DNA of 64,000 nucleotides from an uncultured Gaiellales bacterium (GTDB lineage: Bacteria > Actinomycetota > Thermoleophilia > Gaiellales > Gaiellaceae). Each line of letters opens with the position of its first letter. Position 1 is the first letter of the stretch. A model generated the notes under the pieces. It worked only from the letters and a program-made list of their open reading frames with translations, was not told where the DNA came from and searched no databases. A program made the position numbers and the translations under genes. Below are positions 1 through 9,837 of this stretch, piece after piece. Where the stretch lies: positions 191,629 to 255,628 of the forward strand of contig CAYJLE010000001.1 in NCBI GenBank assembly GCA_964370985.1, written 5' to 3'.

Positions 1-40
1 TGCGAACGTGCGGGCAGCCTACCAGGAGGGTCGGATTGTC

Positions 41-598
41 TCAACCATGCGGGTTTGCGGGCATTTTCCCCGGCCCGAGCAGTTCGCGAGCCGAAAACAG
101 GGCAACGAGGCGAACACCGGCCGCCTCGAGGGCCTCCCGGCCACCCTCCTCACGGTCGACCACGCACACCGCGGTCTTGCACTCGAGGCCGGCCGCGCGC
201 AGCGCCCCGATCGCGTCCGCGGCGGCCCCGCCGCTCGTCACGACGTCCTCGACCAGGCACACGAGCTCGCCCTGCTCGTACACGCCCTCGACGGCACGAT
301 CGGTGCCGTAGCCCTTGCTCGCCTTCCGCACGATCAGGAACGGCAGGCCGCCGCTGAGGGAGGCCGCGGCGGCGAGCGCGACGGCGCCGAGCTCCGGCCC
401 GGCGAGCCGTGCCGCCGCCGGCTCCTCCCGGGCCACGTGCTCGGCGAGCAGCGCGCCGATCGGCCCGAGCAGCTCGGGGCGCGTCTCGAAACGGTACTTG
501 TCCAGGTAGTAGCGCGAGCGGCGGCCCGAGCGCAGGACGAAGTCGCCCTCGAGGTAGGCGTGCTCGCGGATCAGCGAAGCCAGCGCGACGCGGTCCAC
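41..598 (-). CDS. pyrE: orotate phosphoribosyltransferase
   Basis: 185-aa ORF with GTG start. PRPP-binding loop VCLVEDVVTSGGA and a PyrE-like sequence throughout. GC-rich third codon positions. Confidence 0.9.
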   Translation of the reverse strand: MDRVALASLIREHAYLEGDFVLRSGRRSRYYLDKYRFETRPELLGPIGALLAEHVAREEPAAARLAGPELGAVALAAAASLSGGLPFLIVRKASKGYGTDRAVEGVYEQGELVCLVEDVVTSGGAAADAIGALRAAGLECKTAVCVVDREEGGREALEAAGVRLVALFSARELLGPGKMPANPHG

Positions 599-599
599 G

Positions 600-812
600 C
601 TACGGCAACGAGCCGCGAGCGGCGAACAGCACGTCGTGCGCGAGCGGGAGCAGGCGGTCGGCCTCGAGAGCGCCCTGCTCGAGCGAGATCATCGAGCCGT
701 CCGCGAAGTAGAGGTCGACCCGCTCACGCCGGCGCGCGCCCCGCCGGCGCCACACCGCGGCGCCCGCGAGCGCGAGGCCTGCGACGAGGAAGACCGTCCT
801 ACGCCTCGCCAT
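600..812 (-). CDS. small hypothetical membrane-anchored protein (70 aa)
   Basis: Internal ATG of ORF 600..1124. N-terminal hydrophobic helix TVFLVAGLALAGAAVW. High GC3. Overlaps the end of the upstream gene by 14 nt. Confidence 0.45.
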   Translation of the reverse strand: MARRRTVFLVAGLALAGAAVWRRRGARRRERVDLYFADGSMISLEQGALEADRLLPLAHDVLFAARGSLP

Positions 813-1869
813 CCCCGGCACCCTTCCCGTTCGCTTCCGGCTCCTCGGCCGCTGCCTTCCTGGAGCCGGCGCGCGCTTTCGGCTTGGGCGCCAGCTCCTC
901 CCCGACCACGTGGCGCAGGCACGTCTTGAGGTCGTAGAAGACAAGCCCCGCGGTCGGTTCCGGCACGGTGACGGCGGCGACCATCCGCTCGGCGTCGCGC
1001 ACGACGAACACGCAACCGTCCGGCGTGACCGCCTGGAGCTGCACGAGCGGCTCCCGCGCGTCCTCGCCGCCCATCGCCTTCTCGGCCGAGCCGAGCAGCT
1101 CGCGGGCCGCGCCCGCCATCGCACCGGCGCGAGCGGGGTCGGAGACCGTGCTCGCCACGACGGCGCCTCGCTCGTCGACGAGAACGGCGCTCTCGATCTG
1201 AGACGAGATCTCGATCAGATCGGCGAGCGCCTGGGCGGCTTCCATCGGCGGGCACGCTACCACACGCGTCATGGCCCGGCCGGCTGGGCCCGAGCCCGCT
1301 TCGAGAGCGGCGCGGAGCGCCCGCGCGGCACGCGCACGGTGGCTCGAGGCGGCCTTCCAGGCGTCGCCGAGCACGCCGACGGTCTCCGTCTCGCCGTCCG
1401 GGACGAACGCCGGGTCGTAGCCGAAACCGCCCGTGCCGCGCGGCTCGCGGGCGATCGCGCCCTCGAGCGTTCCACGCGCCGACAGCTCGCGGCCGTCGGC
1501 AGCGACGAGCGCGAGCTCGCAGACGTAGCGCGCCCGCCGGCCAGGCCCGGCGGTGTCGCGAAGGTCGTGCAGCAGCCGCACGAGGTTCGCCTCGTCGGAC
1601 GCGCCCTCACCCGCGTAGCGGGCCGAGCGCACCCCGGGCGCGCCGGCGAGCCCGTCGACCTCGAGCCCCGAGTCTTCCCCGAGCACCCACGCGTCGGCGG
1701 GCGCGCGGGTGCGGCCCCAGAGCGCCTTCGCCCGGGCGTTCTCGGCGAACGTCTCGCCGGTCTCCTCGGGGATCCCGGCGGTGTCGAGCGGGTCGAGCTC
1801 CCATCCGGGCAGGAGGGCCCGCAGCTCGCGCAGCTTTCCCGGGTTGCCTGACGCGAGCGCGACCCGCAC
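799..1869 (-). CDS. rdgB: RdgB/HAM1 non-canonical purine NTP pyrophosphatase fused in frame to a Roadblock/LC7-like domain
   Basis: 356-aa uninterrupted ORF. Residues 1-~195 carry RdgB motifs (GNPGKLRE, FGYDPAF, SHRARA). Residues ~205-330 resemble Roadblock/LC7/MglB. There is an internal ATG at 1272 but no stop codon between the two parts. Confidence 0.8.
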   Translation of the reverse strand: MRVALASGNPGKLRELRALLPGWELDPLDTAGIPEETGETFAENARAKALWGRTRAPADAWVLGEDSGLEVDGLAGAPGVRSARYAGEGASDEANLVRLLHDLRDTAGPGRRARYVCELALVAADGRELSARGTLEGAIAREPRGTGGFGYDPAFVPDGETETVGVLGDAWKAASSHRARAARALRAALEAGSGPAGRAMTRVVACPPMEAAQALADLIEISSQIESAVLVDERGAVVASTVSDPARAGAMAGAARELLGSAEKAMGGEDAREPLVQLQAVTPDGCVFVVRDAERMVAAVTVPEPTAGLVFYDLKTCLRHVVGEELAPKPKARAGSRKAAAEEPEANGKGAGDGEA

Positions 1870-1871
1870 GC

Positions 1872-2570
1872 CTACGTGCCGACCGCACGGCGCTGCGCCT
1901 CGACGATCCGGGCGATCCCGCCAGCCGCGAGATCGATCAGCTCGTCGAGCGACGCGCGCGAGAAGGGGACGCCCTCGGCCGTTGCCTGGACCTCGACGAG
2001 GCGCCCGTCTCCGGTCATGACCACGTTCATGTCGACTTCGGCGGCCGCGTCCTCCGGGTAGTCGAGGTCGAGCAGGGCCTCTCCCCCGACGATCCCGACC
2101 GAGACCGCGGCCACCTGCCCCGAGGGCGGGGGCAGACCGGCCCGCGCGGCTGCCAGCGCGAGTGCGACCCAGGCACCCGAGATGGCGGCGGTGCGCGTCC
2201 CTCCATCGGCCTGGATCACGTCGCAGTCGAGCCAGATCGCGCGCTCTCCGAGCGCCTCGAGCTCGTAGGCGGCACGTAGCGAGCGCCCGATCAGGCGCTG
2301 GATCTCGACGGTGCGGGACTTCTGCCTGCCGGCGCTCGCCTCACGCTGCGTGCGCGCCCCGGTCGAGGCGGGCAGCATCCCGTACTCGGCCGTGATCCAG
2401 CCCTTGCCGCGCCCGGCCAGCCAGCGGGGGACGTTCTCCTCCACGCTCGCGGTGCACAGCACGCGCGTGCGCCCGAACGAGATCAGCGCGGAGCCGTGCG
2501 CCTGCTCGACGAAGCCCGGGACGATCTCGAGCGCGCGCAGCTCGTCGCGCGCGCGGCCCTCGCGCGCCAT
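1872..2570 (-). CDS. rph: ribonuclease PH
   Basis: Last 232 codons of the 849-aa ORF 1872..4421, starting at [14 protein letters not shown]. Full-length RNase PH-like sequence ([26 protein letters not shown]). Confidence 0.92.
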   Translation of the reverse strand: MAREGRARDELRALEIVPGFVEQAHGSALISFGRTRVLCTASVEENVPRWLAGRGKGWITAEYGMLPASTGARTQREASAGRQKSRTVEIQRLIGRSLRAAYELEALGERAIWLDCDVIQADGGTRTAAISGAWVALALAAARAGLPPPSGQVAAVSVGIVGGEALLDLDYPEDAAAEVDMNVVMTGDGRLVEVQATAEGVPFSRASLDELIDLAAGGIARIVEAQRRAVGT

Positions 2571-3394
2571 CAGGCGGCCGCCGCCCGGGCCAGCTCGGCC
2601 AGCTCGACCCGCTCCACCCGCTCCAGCGGGAGCTGGAGGAACCGCTCGCCCAGCGCTCTCAGCTCCTCCGGTTCCCCGGTGGTCAAGAACCGGCAGCTTC
2701 CCTCCCTGGCCGGGTCGTTCTCGATGCCCTTGCGCGCGAGCGTCTCCGCCACCTCGCGCGCGGTCTCCTCTGCCGAGAAGACGAGGGTCACGTCCCGGCC
2801 GAAGACCCGCTCGAGCACGGGGCGGATCAGCGGGTAGTGCGTGCAGCCGAGGATCACCGTGTCGACTCCGGCGGCCTTGAGCGGCGCCGCGTACCCGCGC
2901 ACCGCGTCGACGAGCCGCGGGTCGGCACCCGCACCCGCCTCGATCAGCGGCACCAGCCCGGGGCATGCCACCTCGTGGACGTGGGCGCCCGCGTCGAGCG
3001 CGCGGATCGCGCTCGTGTAGCGGCCGCTGCGCACGGTCGCCTCCGTCGCGAGCAGCCCGATCCGGCGGTTGCGCGTCGCCTGCACGGCCGCGCGCGCCTC
3101 CGGCGCGAGCACGCCGACGACCGGGACGGACAGACGCTCCTGGAGTGCGGGCAGCGCGGCCGCGGTCGCCGAGTTGCAGGCTGCGAGGATCAGCTTCACC
3201 CCTGCCGTCTCGAGGTAGGAGGCGATCTCGAGTGCGAAGCGGCGGATCTCGTCCGCGGGCCGGGGCCCGTACGGGCAGCGCTCGCCGTCGCCCAGGTAGA
3301 CGAAGTCCTCGTGCGGGAGCGTGACGAGGCACTCGTGGAGCACCGTCAGGCCCCCGGCTCCCGAGTCGAACACGCCCACGGGCCGCGCATCCAT
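2570..3394 (-). CDS. murI: glutamate racemase
   Basis: 274 aa from [18 protein letters not shown]. Contains the ACNSA and GCTHYPL cysteine motifs. Its stop overlaps the rph start by 1 nt. Confidence 0.9.
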   Translation of the reverse strand: MDARPVGVFDSGAGGLTVLHECLVTLPHEDFVYLGDGERCPYGPRPADEIRRFALEIASYLETAGVKLILAACNSATAAALPALQERLSVPVVGVLAPEARAAVQATRNRRIGLLATEATVRSGRYTSAIRALDAGAHVHEVACPGLVPLIEAGAGADPRLVDAVRGYAAPLKAAGVDTVILGCTHYPLIRPVLERVFGRDVTLVFSAEETAREVAETLARKGIENDPAREGSCRFLTTGEPEELRALGERFLQLPLERVERVELAELARAAAA

Positions 3395-3446
3395 GACCGG
3401 CGATTGTACGCGGGCGAGCGGCCCGCCACGGCTGTAGCGTAGAGGC

Positions 3447-4505
3447 ATGCTGGAGGTGCACGAGCCCGAGGGGGCGTTTGCCCGCATCGAGGCGCACCTG
3501 CGCTCGGCCGGGTTCTTCGAGGGTGGTGCCGAGGACATCTGCGCCGACCTCTACCTCGGCTACGGGCTCGCGCGCACGCTGCGACGGGCGCCGTGGCCCG
3601 ACCCGCCGGAGCCGTGCCGGCTGCCGCTCGCCGCCTGCCGGGTCCGCCCGGCCGACGAGCCGCCGCGCGCGCCGGGGACGTTCACGGCCGGGGAGTTCAA
3701 GCCGACCTGGACCGGGGGCGAGCACGCTGCCGCCGTCGAGGCGGTCCGCGCCGCGATCGCGCGCGGGGACGTCTACCAGGTGAACCTCGTCCAGCACCTC
3801 GAGGCGCCGTTTCGCGGCGACCCCGCCGGGCTCGCGCTCGCGCTCGCGCCCCTCCGGCCGCTCCACCCGCGCCCGCTCACGGGTGACGGGTGGGCGATCG
3901 TGTCGGCCTCGCCGGAGCTCTTCCTCGCCCGCCGGGGCGAGCTCGTGTGGACGAAGCCGATCAAGGGCACGCGGCCCGTCGGCGAGAGCGACGACCTGCT
4001 CGACTCGGAGAAGGACGCGGCCGAGCACGTCATGATCGTCGACCTCGAGCGCAACGACCTCTCGCGCGTCTGCCGACCGGGCACGGTTCGCTGGCCCGAG
4101 CTGATGGCCGAGCACGCCCAGGCCGGGGTCGTGCACCTCGTGTCGACCGTCGAGGGACGGCTCATGCCCGGGGTCGGCCTGACCGATCTGCTCGCCGCGA
4201 CCTTCCCCGGGGGCTCCGTCACCGGCGCCCCCAAGATCTCCGCAATCGATCACATCGCCGCCCTCGAGCCCGTCGGCCGCGGCGCCTCGATGGGCGCGCT
4301 CGGGACCGTCTGGCCGAACGGGGACCTCGACCTCGCGCTCACGATCCGGACGTTCGCCGTCGCCGACGGGCGCGCCCATCTCTGGGTCGGCGGGGGCATC
4401 GTGTGGGACTCGGAGCCCCACGCGGAGATCGAGGAGTCCTGGGTGAAGGCACGGCCGCTCCTCGCCGCGATCGGGGCGAGGCAGCCGGAGACCGCGCGCG
4501 CGTGA
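3447..4505 (+). CDS. pabB: aminodeoxychorismate synthase component I (chorismate-binding enzyme)
   Basis: 352 aa. C-terminal chorismate-binding motifs ([24 protein letters not shown]). A class IV aminotransferase gene follows directly. Confidence 0.8.
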   Translation: MLEVHEPEGAFARIEAHLRSAGFFEGGAEDICADLYLGYGLARTLRRAPWPDPPEPCRLPLAACRVRPADEPPRAPGTFTAGEFKPTWTGGEHAAAVEAVRAAIARGDVYQVNLVQHLEAPFRGDPAGLALALAPLRPLHPRPLTGDGWAIVSASPELFLARRGELVWTKPIKGTRPVGESDDLLDSEKDAAEHVMIVDLERNDLSRVCRPGTVRWPELMAEHAQAGVVHLVSTVEGRLMPGVGLTDLLAATFPGGSVTGAPKISAIDHIAALEPVGRGASMGALGTVWPNGDLDLALTIRTFAVADGRAHLWVGGGIVWDSEPHAEIEESWVKARPLLAAIGARQPETARA

Positions 4506-4507
4506 CC

Positions 4508-5365
4508 ATGCTCGCGATCGCGATCCGGGGCCGGGGGCTCGTCGACCCCGACGAGCCCGTCCTGCACGCGGACGACGCTGCCCTGCTCAGAGGGCGCGCG
4601 GCGTTCGAGACGCTGCGGGTCTACGACGGCCGCCCGTTCGCGCTCTCCGAGCACCTCGACCGCCTCGCCTCGTCGGCCGCACGGATCGAGCTGCCCCCGG
4701 TGGAGAAGAGCGAGCTCGAGCAGCTCGCGATGCTCGCGCTCGCCGCGGCGGGGGCGCCCGATTGCGTGTTGCGCGTGTACTGGACCGGTGGGCGCGAGGG
4801 CGCCGGTCGCGCGGAGGCGCTCGCGCTCGTCAGCCCGCTTCCGGGCGGATACGACGAGCTCCGCGCCCGGGGGCTCAGGCTGATCTCGCTCCAGCTCGCG
4901 GTCGACGCTCGCCTGCGCGCCACGTCGCCGTGGCTGCTCGGGGGTGTCAAGTCGACGAGCTACGCCGTCAACATGGCCGCCGAGGCCGAGGCGCGCCGCC
5001 GCGGCGCGGACGACGCCGTGTTCGTCGCGAGCGACGGGACGGTGCTCGAGGGCCCGGTCACGAACGTCTGGTGGCGCGAGGGCGATCTGCTGCTCACCCC
5101 CGCGCTCGAGCTCGGCATCCTCGCCGGCGTCACACGCTCGCAGGTTCTACGCTCCGCTGCCGCCCTCGGCTACCGGGTCGAGGAGGGCTGGTACCTGCTC
5201 GAGCGGGTCGCAGCCGCCGAGGAGGTGTTCACGTCCTCGTCGGTGCGCGAGATCATGCCCGTCGTCGAGCTCGACGGTCGCCCGGCAGGCGGAGGCGCGC
5301 CCGGCCCGGCGGCGCGTGCCCTCCAGGCGGCGCTCCGGCGCGAGGCTGCCGCGGATGCCAGCTAG
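4508..5365 (+). CDS. pabC: aminodeoxychorismate lyase / class IV aminotransferase
   Basis: ATG 3 nt after the pabB stop. 285 aa with a class IV fold-type sequence ([23 protein letters not shown]). Confidence 0.8.
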   Translation: MLAIAIRGRGLVDPDEPVLHADDAALLRGRAAFETLRVYDGRPFALSEHLDRLASSAARIELPPVEKSELEQLAMLALAAAGAPDCVLRVYWTGGREGAGRAEALALVSPLPGGYDELRARGLRLISLQLAVDARLRATSPWLLGGVKSTSYAVNMAAEAEARRRGADDAVFVASDGTVLEGPVTNVWWREGDLLLTPALELGILAGVTRSQVLRSAAALGYRVEEGWYLLERVAAAEEVFTSSSVREIMPVVELDGRPAGGGAPGPAARALQAALRREAAADAS

Positions 5366-6101
5366 ACTCGGGCGCGTGCGGATCCTCGCGTTGATCCACG
5401 AGGACGGCCCGTGCAGCGGGGTCTTCGCCGAGGCGGCGACCGAGCGCGGAGACGAGATCGAGGAGTGGAGCATCGTGCTCGGCGTGCCGCCCCCGCGCCC
5501 GCTCGACGAGTACGACGCCGTGCTCGCCTTCGGCGGCGCGATGCACACGCACGAGGAGCACTACCACCCGTGGCTGCGTGAGGAGAACCTGCTCCTCCAG
5601 CGGTTCCTCGACCTGGGCATGCCGCTGCTCGGGATCTGCCTGGGCGGCCAGCTGATCGCGAAGGCCGTGCACACGTCGATCACGAAGGCGCCCGAGCCGG
5701 AGATCGGCTGGTTCCCCGTCGAGCTCCTCCCCGGGGCTGCGGACGATCCCGTGCTGGGGCGACTGCCCGGCCGGTTCATGGCCTACCAGTGGCACCACTA
5801 CCGCTTCGACCTCCCGGGCGGCGCGGAGCTGCTGGCCCGCAGCCCGGTCTGCCTCCAGGCCTACCGGCTCGGCGACCGGGTCTGGGGCCTGCAGTTCCAC
5901 TGCGAGGTCACGCGGGAGCTCGTCTTCAAGTGGTGCGACGAGTTCGAGGCCGACCCGGATCACGACCCGACCGGGTACGACGGAGCCCGCATGCGCGCGG
6001 ACACGGACGTCCACATCGAAAGCTGGAACGCGATCGGGCGGGAGATCTGCACCCGGTTTCTCGAAGCCTCCGAGCGCGTGCGCCAACCGGCCCGCGTCTA
6101 G
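5355..6101 (+). CDS. class I glutamine amidotransferase-like protein
   Basis: GATase1 nucleophile elbow LGICLGGQL and an HCE pair (LQFHCEV). The start is ATG 5355, which overlaps the pabC end, or alternatively in-frame GTG 5376. Confidence 0.75.
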   Translation: MPARLGRVRILALIHEDGPCSGVFAEAATERGDEIEEWSIVLGVPPPRPLDEYDAVLAFGGAMHTHEEHYHPWLREENLLLQRFLDLGMPLLGICLGGQLIAKAVHTSITKAPEPEIGWFPVELLPGAADDPVLGRLPGRFMAYQWHHYRFDLPGGAELLARSPVCLQAYRLGDRVWGLQFHCEVTRELVFKWCDEFEADPDHDPTGYDGARMRADTDVHIESWNAIGREICTRFLEASERVRQPARV

Positions 6102-6688
6102 CGCTCCAGGGCCGCGACGACGTCGCGCTCGGTGGCCACCGCGGGCCGCTCGAGCAGCCGCCCGAGCCAGGCCGCGAGCGAGCCGTACGGGGAGAGGTCG
6201 ATGCCGAGACGGGCCTCGGCGCGGAGCACCCACGGGACGTAGGCGATGTCGGCGAGTGTGTAGGAGGCGCCCGCGACGAAGGGACTCGCGGCGAGCCCCT
6301 CGTCGAGCGCCGCCAGCGCGCCGGCGAGGCGCTCGGGGGAGCCGGCCGGGCGGCCGAAGTAGAGGTCGTAGTAGGGGTCGCCGAGCCGCTCGGAGAAGCG
6401 CTCGACGGCGAGGCGAACGAGCGCGCGATCGTCCGGGCCCGCCGGCATCAGCGCCGGCTCGGGGTGGAGCTCTTCGAGGTACTCCATGATCACGGACGAC
6501 TCCGGCACCACCAGCCGGCTCCGCTCGAGCACCGGCACGCGCCCGTCCGGCGGATTCAGCTCGAGGATGAAGCCGGGCCGCTCGTCGAGCGAGACCTGCA
6601 CCGTCTCGACCGGGATCCCCTTCTCGTCGAGCACGATCCGCACCCGGGCGCAGTAGGGGCAGCGGGGGGCGTCGTACAGCGTCGTCAC
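6098..6688 (-). CDS. glutathione S-transferase family protein with N-terminal CPYC thioredoxin-like motif
   Basis: GTG start at VTTLYDAPRCPYCARV. 196 aa with a GST N- and C-domain-like sequence. Convergent 4-nt overlap with the previous gene. Confidence 0.8.
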   Translation of the reverse strand: MTTLYDAPRCPYCARVRIVLDEKGIPVETVQVSLDERPGFILELNPPDGRVPVLERSRLVVPESSVIMEYLEELHPEPALMPAGPDDRALVRLAVERFSERLGDPYYDLYFGRPAGSPERLAGALAALDEGLAASPFVAGASYTLADIAYVPWVLRAEARLGIDLSPYGSLAAWLGRLLERPAVATERDVVAALER

Positions 6689-6778
6689 ACGGCCGATCCT
6701 AGCCGCCCGCTCTACGATGCCCGCGCGAGGCCCTTTCGCTTCGCCCACGGGCGGCCCCCCGCGGTCGCGGCCGGCGGG

Positions 6779-8167
6779 ATGGTCGCGACGAGCCAGCCGC
6801 TCGCCACCCGCGCCGGCCTGCGGATGCTCGAGCGGGGCGGCAACGCGGCCGACGCGGCGCTCGCCGCCGCCGCCGTGCTGTGCGTGACGGAGCCGATGTC
6901 GACCGGGATCGGCGGCGACTGCTTCGCCCTCGTGTGGCGCCGCGGGGAGCTCGCGGGGCTCGACGCGGCGGGCCCGGCGCCCGCCGGCGCGGATCCGCTC
7001 GAGCCCATCCACGAGCGGGGCCCGCGCTCCGTCACGGTGCCTGGCGCGGTCGCCGGCTGGGCAGCGCTCGCGGAGCGTTTCGGTCGCCTCGGACTCGACG
7101 CCTGCCTCGCGGACGCGATCGACGCAGCCGAGCGGGGCTTCGCGGTCGGCCGCATCACGGCGGCGGCCTGGGCGGCCCCGGACACGGCCGCGCCGCCCGA
7201 GCTCGGACCGACGCCAAAGCCGGGGGCGATGGTACGCCTCCCCGAGCTGGCCGCGACCCTGCGCGGGATCGCGGCGGCGGGACAGACCGCGTTCTACGAC
7301 GGATCGGTCGGAAGGGCGATCTGCGCCGCGAGCTGGCTCGAGCAGCCCGACCTGGCCGGGTTCCGGCCGCGCTGGGTCGAGCCGCTTCGGGTCGGCTACC
7401 GAGGCCACGAGGTCGCCGAGTTGCCCCCGCCGACCCAGGGAGTGGTCGCGCTCGAGGCGCTCGGCCTGCTCGAGGGGATGGAGCCGACGCTCGAGGCCAG
7501 GATCGCGTGCTCGGCCCTCGCGCTCGAGGACGGTCTCGCCCACGTGCGCGACGGGGCGGACGTGAGCGGCCTGCTCGACCCGGCGTGGCTCGCACGCCGG
7601 CGCGAGCAGCGCCCCGGGCTCGTCGCCGAGCCTCCGGGCGGGACGGTCTACCTGTGCGCCATCGACGGCGATCGGATGGCCGTCTCGTTCATCCAGAGCC
7701 TCTACTACGGCTTCGGCTCCGGGGTCGTCGCGCCCGGGACGGGCGTCGTGCTCCAGAACCGGGGCGCCTGCTTCTCGGTGAACGGGAGCGTCGAGCCGGG
7801 TCGGCGCCCCTACCACACCATCATCCCCGGGATGCTCCTACGCGACGGGGAGCTGGCCGGGCCGTTCGGCGTGATGGGCGGATTCATCCAGGCGCAGGCG
7901 CACATGCAGCTCGTCTCGGCGCTCGTCGACGAACGCCTCGATCCCCAGGCGGCGCTCGACCTGCCACGGTTTCGCGTGGACGGCGACGCGGTGCACCTGG
8001 AGGAGGGGCTGTGGCCGCAGGCCGGCCGGCTCGAGCTGCTCGGCTACCGCGTCGTGCCCAGCCCGGACACGCCGTCGTTCGGCGGCGGGCAGGCGATCCT
8101 CGTCGAGGGCGAGACTCTGGTCGGCGGCTCGGATCCGCGCAAGGACGGCTACGCGGCCGGCCTCTAG
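6779..8167 (+). CDS. ggt: gamma-glutamyltransferase family protein (no signal peptide)
   Basis: First in-frame ATG at MVATSQPLATRAG. Autoprocessing-site context PPGGTVYLCAID. C-terminal GGSDPRKDGYA motif. Confidence 0.88.
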   Translation: MVATSQPLATRAGLRMLERGGNAADAALAAAAVLCVTEPMSTGIGGDCFALVWRRGELAGLDAAGPAPAGADPLEPIHERGPRSVTVPGAVAGWAALAERFGRLGLDACLADAIDAAERGFAVGRITAAAWAAPDTAAPPELGPTPKPGAMVRLPELAATLRGIAAAGQTAFYDGSVGRAICAASWLEQPDLAGFRPRWVEPLRVGYRGHEVAELPPPTQGVVALEALGLLEGMEPTLEARIACSALALEDGLAHVRDGADVSGLLDPAWLARRREQRPGLVAEPPGGTVYLCAIDGDRMAVSFIQSLYYGFGSGVVAPGTGVVLQNRGACFSVNGSVEPGRRPYHTIIPGMLLRDGELAGPFGVMGGFIQAQAHMQLVSALVDERLDPQAALDLPRFRVDGDAVHLEEGLWPQAGRLELLGYRVVPSPDTPSFGGGQAILVEGETLVGGSDPRKDGYAAGL

Positions 8168-9180
8168 CGATCGAGCAGGAGCACGCCCGGCAGCTCCCGC
8201 GCGCCGGCGTAGCCGTGAGTCGCCCCCTCCACGCCGAGGAGCTCGGCCAGGCGGGCGATCAGCTCCCCGGCGGGGGGCAGCTCCGCCGGGCTAGCGGCCG
8301 TGCGGGCGGTCTCGCGTACGCGCCCGGGGTCGGCACCGGTGAGCCGGGCGAGCACGGTCGGGTTCGCGCCGAGGGCGATCACGTCCCCCGGTGGCAGCGG
8401 GCCGTGGTACTCGGGCACGGACAGGTACTCGTCCACGACGCTGCCGCGCTCGAACAGGATGGAGCGGACGACCTCTCCCTCCTCGACGCCGATCGCGAGC
8501 ACGACGGCTCCCATCCGGTCCGAGAGCTCGAGCGCAAGCCGCCGCAGCATCGCCGGCTCCCGATCGCAGAGCTCGTCGTAGACCCCGGTCCAGCCGTTTC
8601 TCGGTGGCGCGACGGCGCTCCCGCGCGAGCCGCCCGGAAGCCGCGGCACGAACTGGCCGACGGCACGGGCGACCGCCTCGACATCGTCCGTCTGGACGTG
8701 GATCGAGCCGAGCGAGCCGCCCCGGGCACCGGGCGCGAGGCGCGGCCCGAGCTGGTCGAACTGGCACACGAGGTTCAGCGACTCCTCGACGAAGCCGAGC
8801 CGCCGGTAGACGGCGCGGGCGTCGAGGTTGCTCGAGAGCACCTCGAGGGTGAGGTAGGCGACTCCGCGTTCGCCGGCCCAGGCCACGACGCCCGCGAGCA
8901 GCGCCTTGGCGAGACCACGGCGACGCGCCTCGGGTCGGACGTAGATGTCGCTCAGGTAGCAGATCCGCGGTGGCTCGAGCCGGGCTAGGGCGTACCCGAC
9001 GGGCGCCCCGTCATGTTCGGCGAGCAGCGCGAGCCCGCTCTCGAGGTACCCCGAGATCTCGTCGCGCTCCCGGTCGAGCCCCCCCTGGCGGTGCGGCGGC
9101 TCCGGCACCTCGGTCTCGAACTCGACGAGCAGCCGGCGCAGGACCGGCAGGTCCGCCGTCGAGGCGTGGCGGATGGTCAC
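8164..9180 (-). CDS. GNAT N-acetyltransferase with ~190-aa uncharacterised C-terminal domain
   Basis: GTG start overlaps the stop of the upstream HAD gene (GTGA). Acetyl-CoA motif YVRPEARRRGLAKALL. I do not recognise the C-terminal half. Confidence 0.75.
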   Translation of the reverse strand: MTIRHASTADLPVLRRLLVEFETEVPEPPHRQGGLDRERDEISGYLESGLALLAEHDGAPVGYALARLEPPRICYLSDIYVRPEARRRGLAKALLAGVVAWAGERGVAYLTLEVLSSNLDARAVYRRLGFVEESLNLVCQFDQLGPRLAPGARGGSLGSIHVQTDDVEAVARAVGQFVPRLPGGSRGSAVAPPRNGWTGVYDELCDREPAMLRRLALELSDRMGAVVLAIGVEEGEVVRSILFERGSVVDEYLSVPEYHGPLPPGDVIALGANPTVLARLTGADPGRVRETARTAASPAELPPAGELIARLAELLGVEGATHGYAGARELPGVLLLDR

Positions 9181-9821
9181 GCGAGCCCGGCGCTCTCGAT
9201 GCCGGCGGCAACGTCGTAGAAGTCCCGAAACGGCGTGAACGCCACGCCCTTCTCCTCGAGGTACGCGGCCAGCCCGCGCCGGGCGAACACGAGATCGGAG
9301 GCCTCGGCGCCGCAGCGATCGGAGACCCCGTCGCCGACGTAGACGACGGTCGAGCCGTTCGCTTCCGCGAGGACGGCCGCACGCTTGCACGGCTCGCCGC
9401 ACACGGGGCACAGTGTCTCGTCACGGAACGCGACGCGCCAGCCGCCGGGGTCGGGATCGACGGTGTTGGAGAGCAGCTCGAGTCCGTCGAGTCCCTCGCG
9501 CTCGAGCACGGGGACGATCAGCTCGCGGAAGCCGCTCGAGAGCACGACGAAGCGCCAGCCGCGCTCGCGGGCGCTCGCGACGAGATCGCGGAGGCCGGGC
9601 CGGATCTCCGCGTGCTCGAGCGTCCAGCCGACGACGTCGGCGAGCGGGGCGCACACCGGCTCGAACTCGAGCCGCAGCACATCGTGGAGCGTCAGCCGGC
9701 TCTCGTCGAGGCCACGGTCGACCTCGGCGTACACCTCGGGGTCGCCGAACGTCTGGGCGATCGCGTCGAGCAGGTCGTGCTCGGTGATGGTGCCGTCGAA
9801 GTCGACGAAGAGCGTGACCAC
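9177..9821 (-). CDS. HAD-superfamily phosphatase (MtnX-like subfamily IB)
   Basis: GTG start at VVTLFVDFDGTIT (DxDxT motif). Later GDGVSD motif. 214 aa. Confidence 0.8.
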   Translation of the reverse strand: MVTLFVDFDGTITEHDLLDAIAQTFGDPEVYAEVDRGLDESRLTLHDVLRLEFEPVCAPLADVVGWTLEHAEIRPGLRDLVASARERGWRFVVLSSGFRELIVPVLEREGLDGLELLSNTVDPDPGGWRVAFRDETLCPVCGEPCKRAAVLAEANGSTVVYVGDGVSDRCGAEASDLVFARRGLAAYLEEKGVAFTPFRDFYDVAAGIESAGLA

Positions 9822-9837
9822 AGCACGGCCAGGATAG

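Noticed and set aside
1872-4421. 849-aa ORF on the minus strand
   Set aside because: Only the last 232 codons (rph) look like a real protein. The upstream part is R/P/G-rich low complexity lying antisense to, or out of frame with, murI and pabB. This is a typical high-GC shadow ORF.
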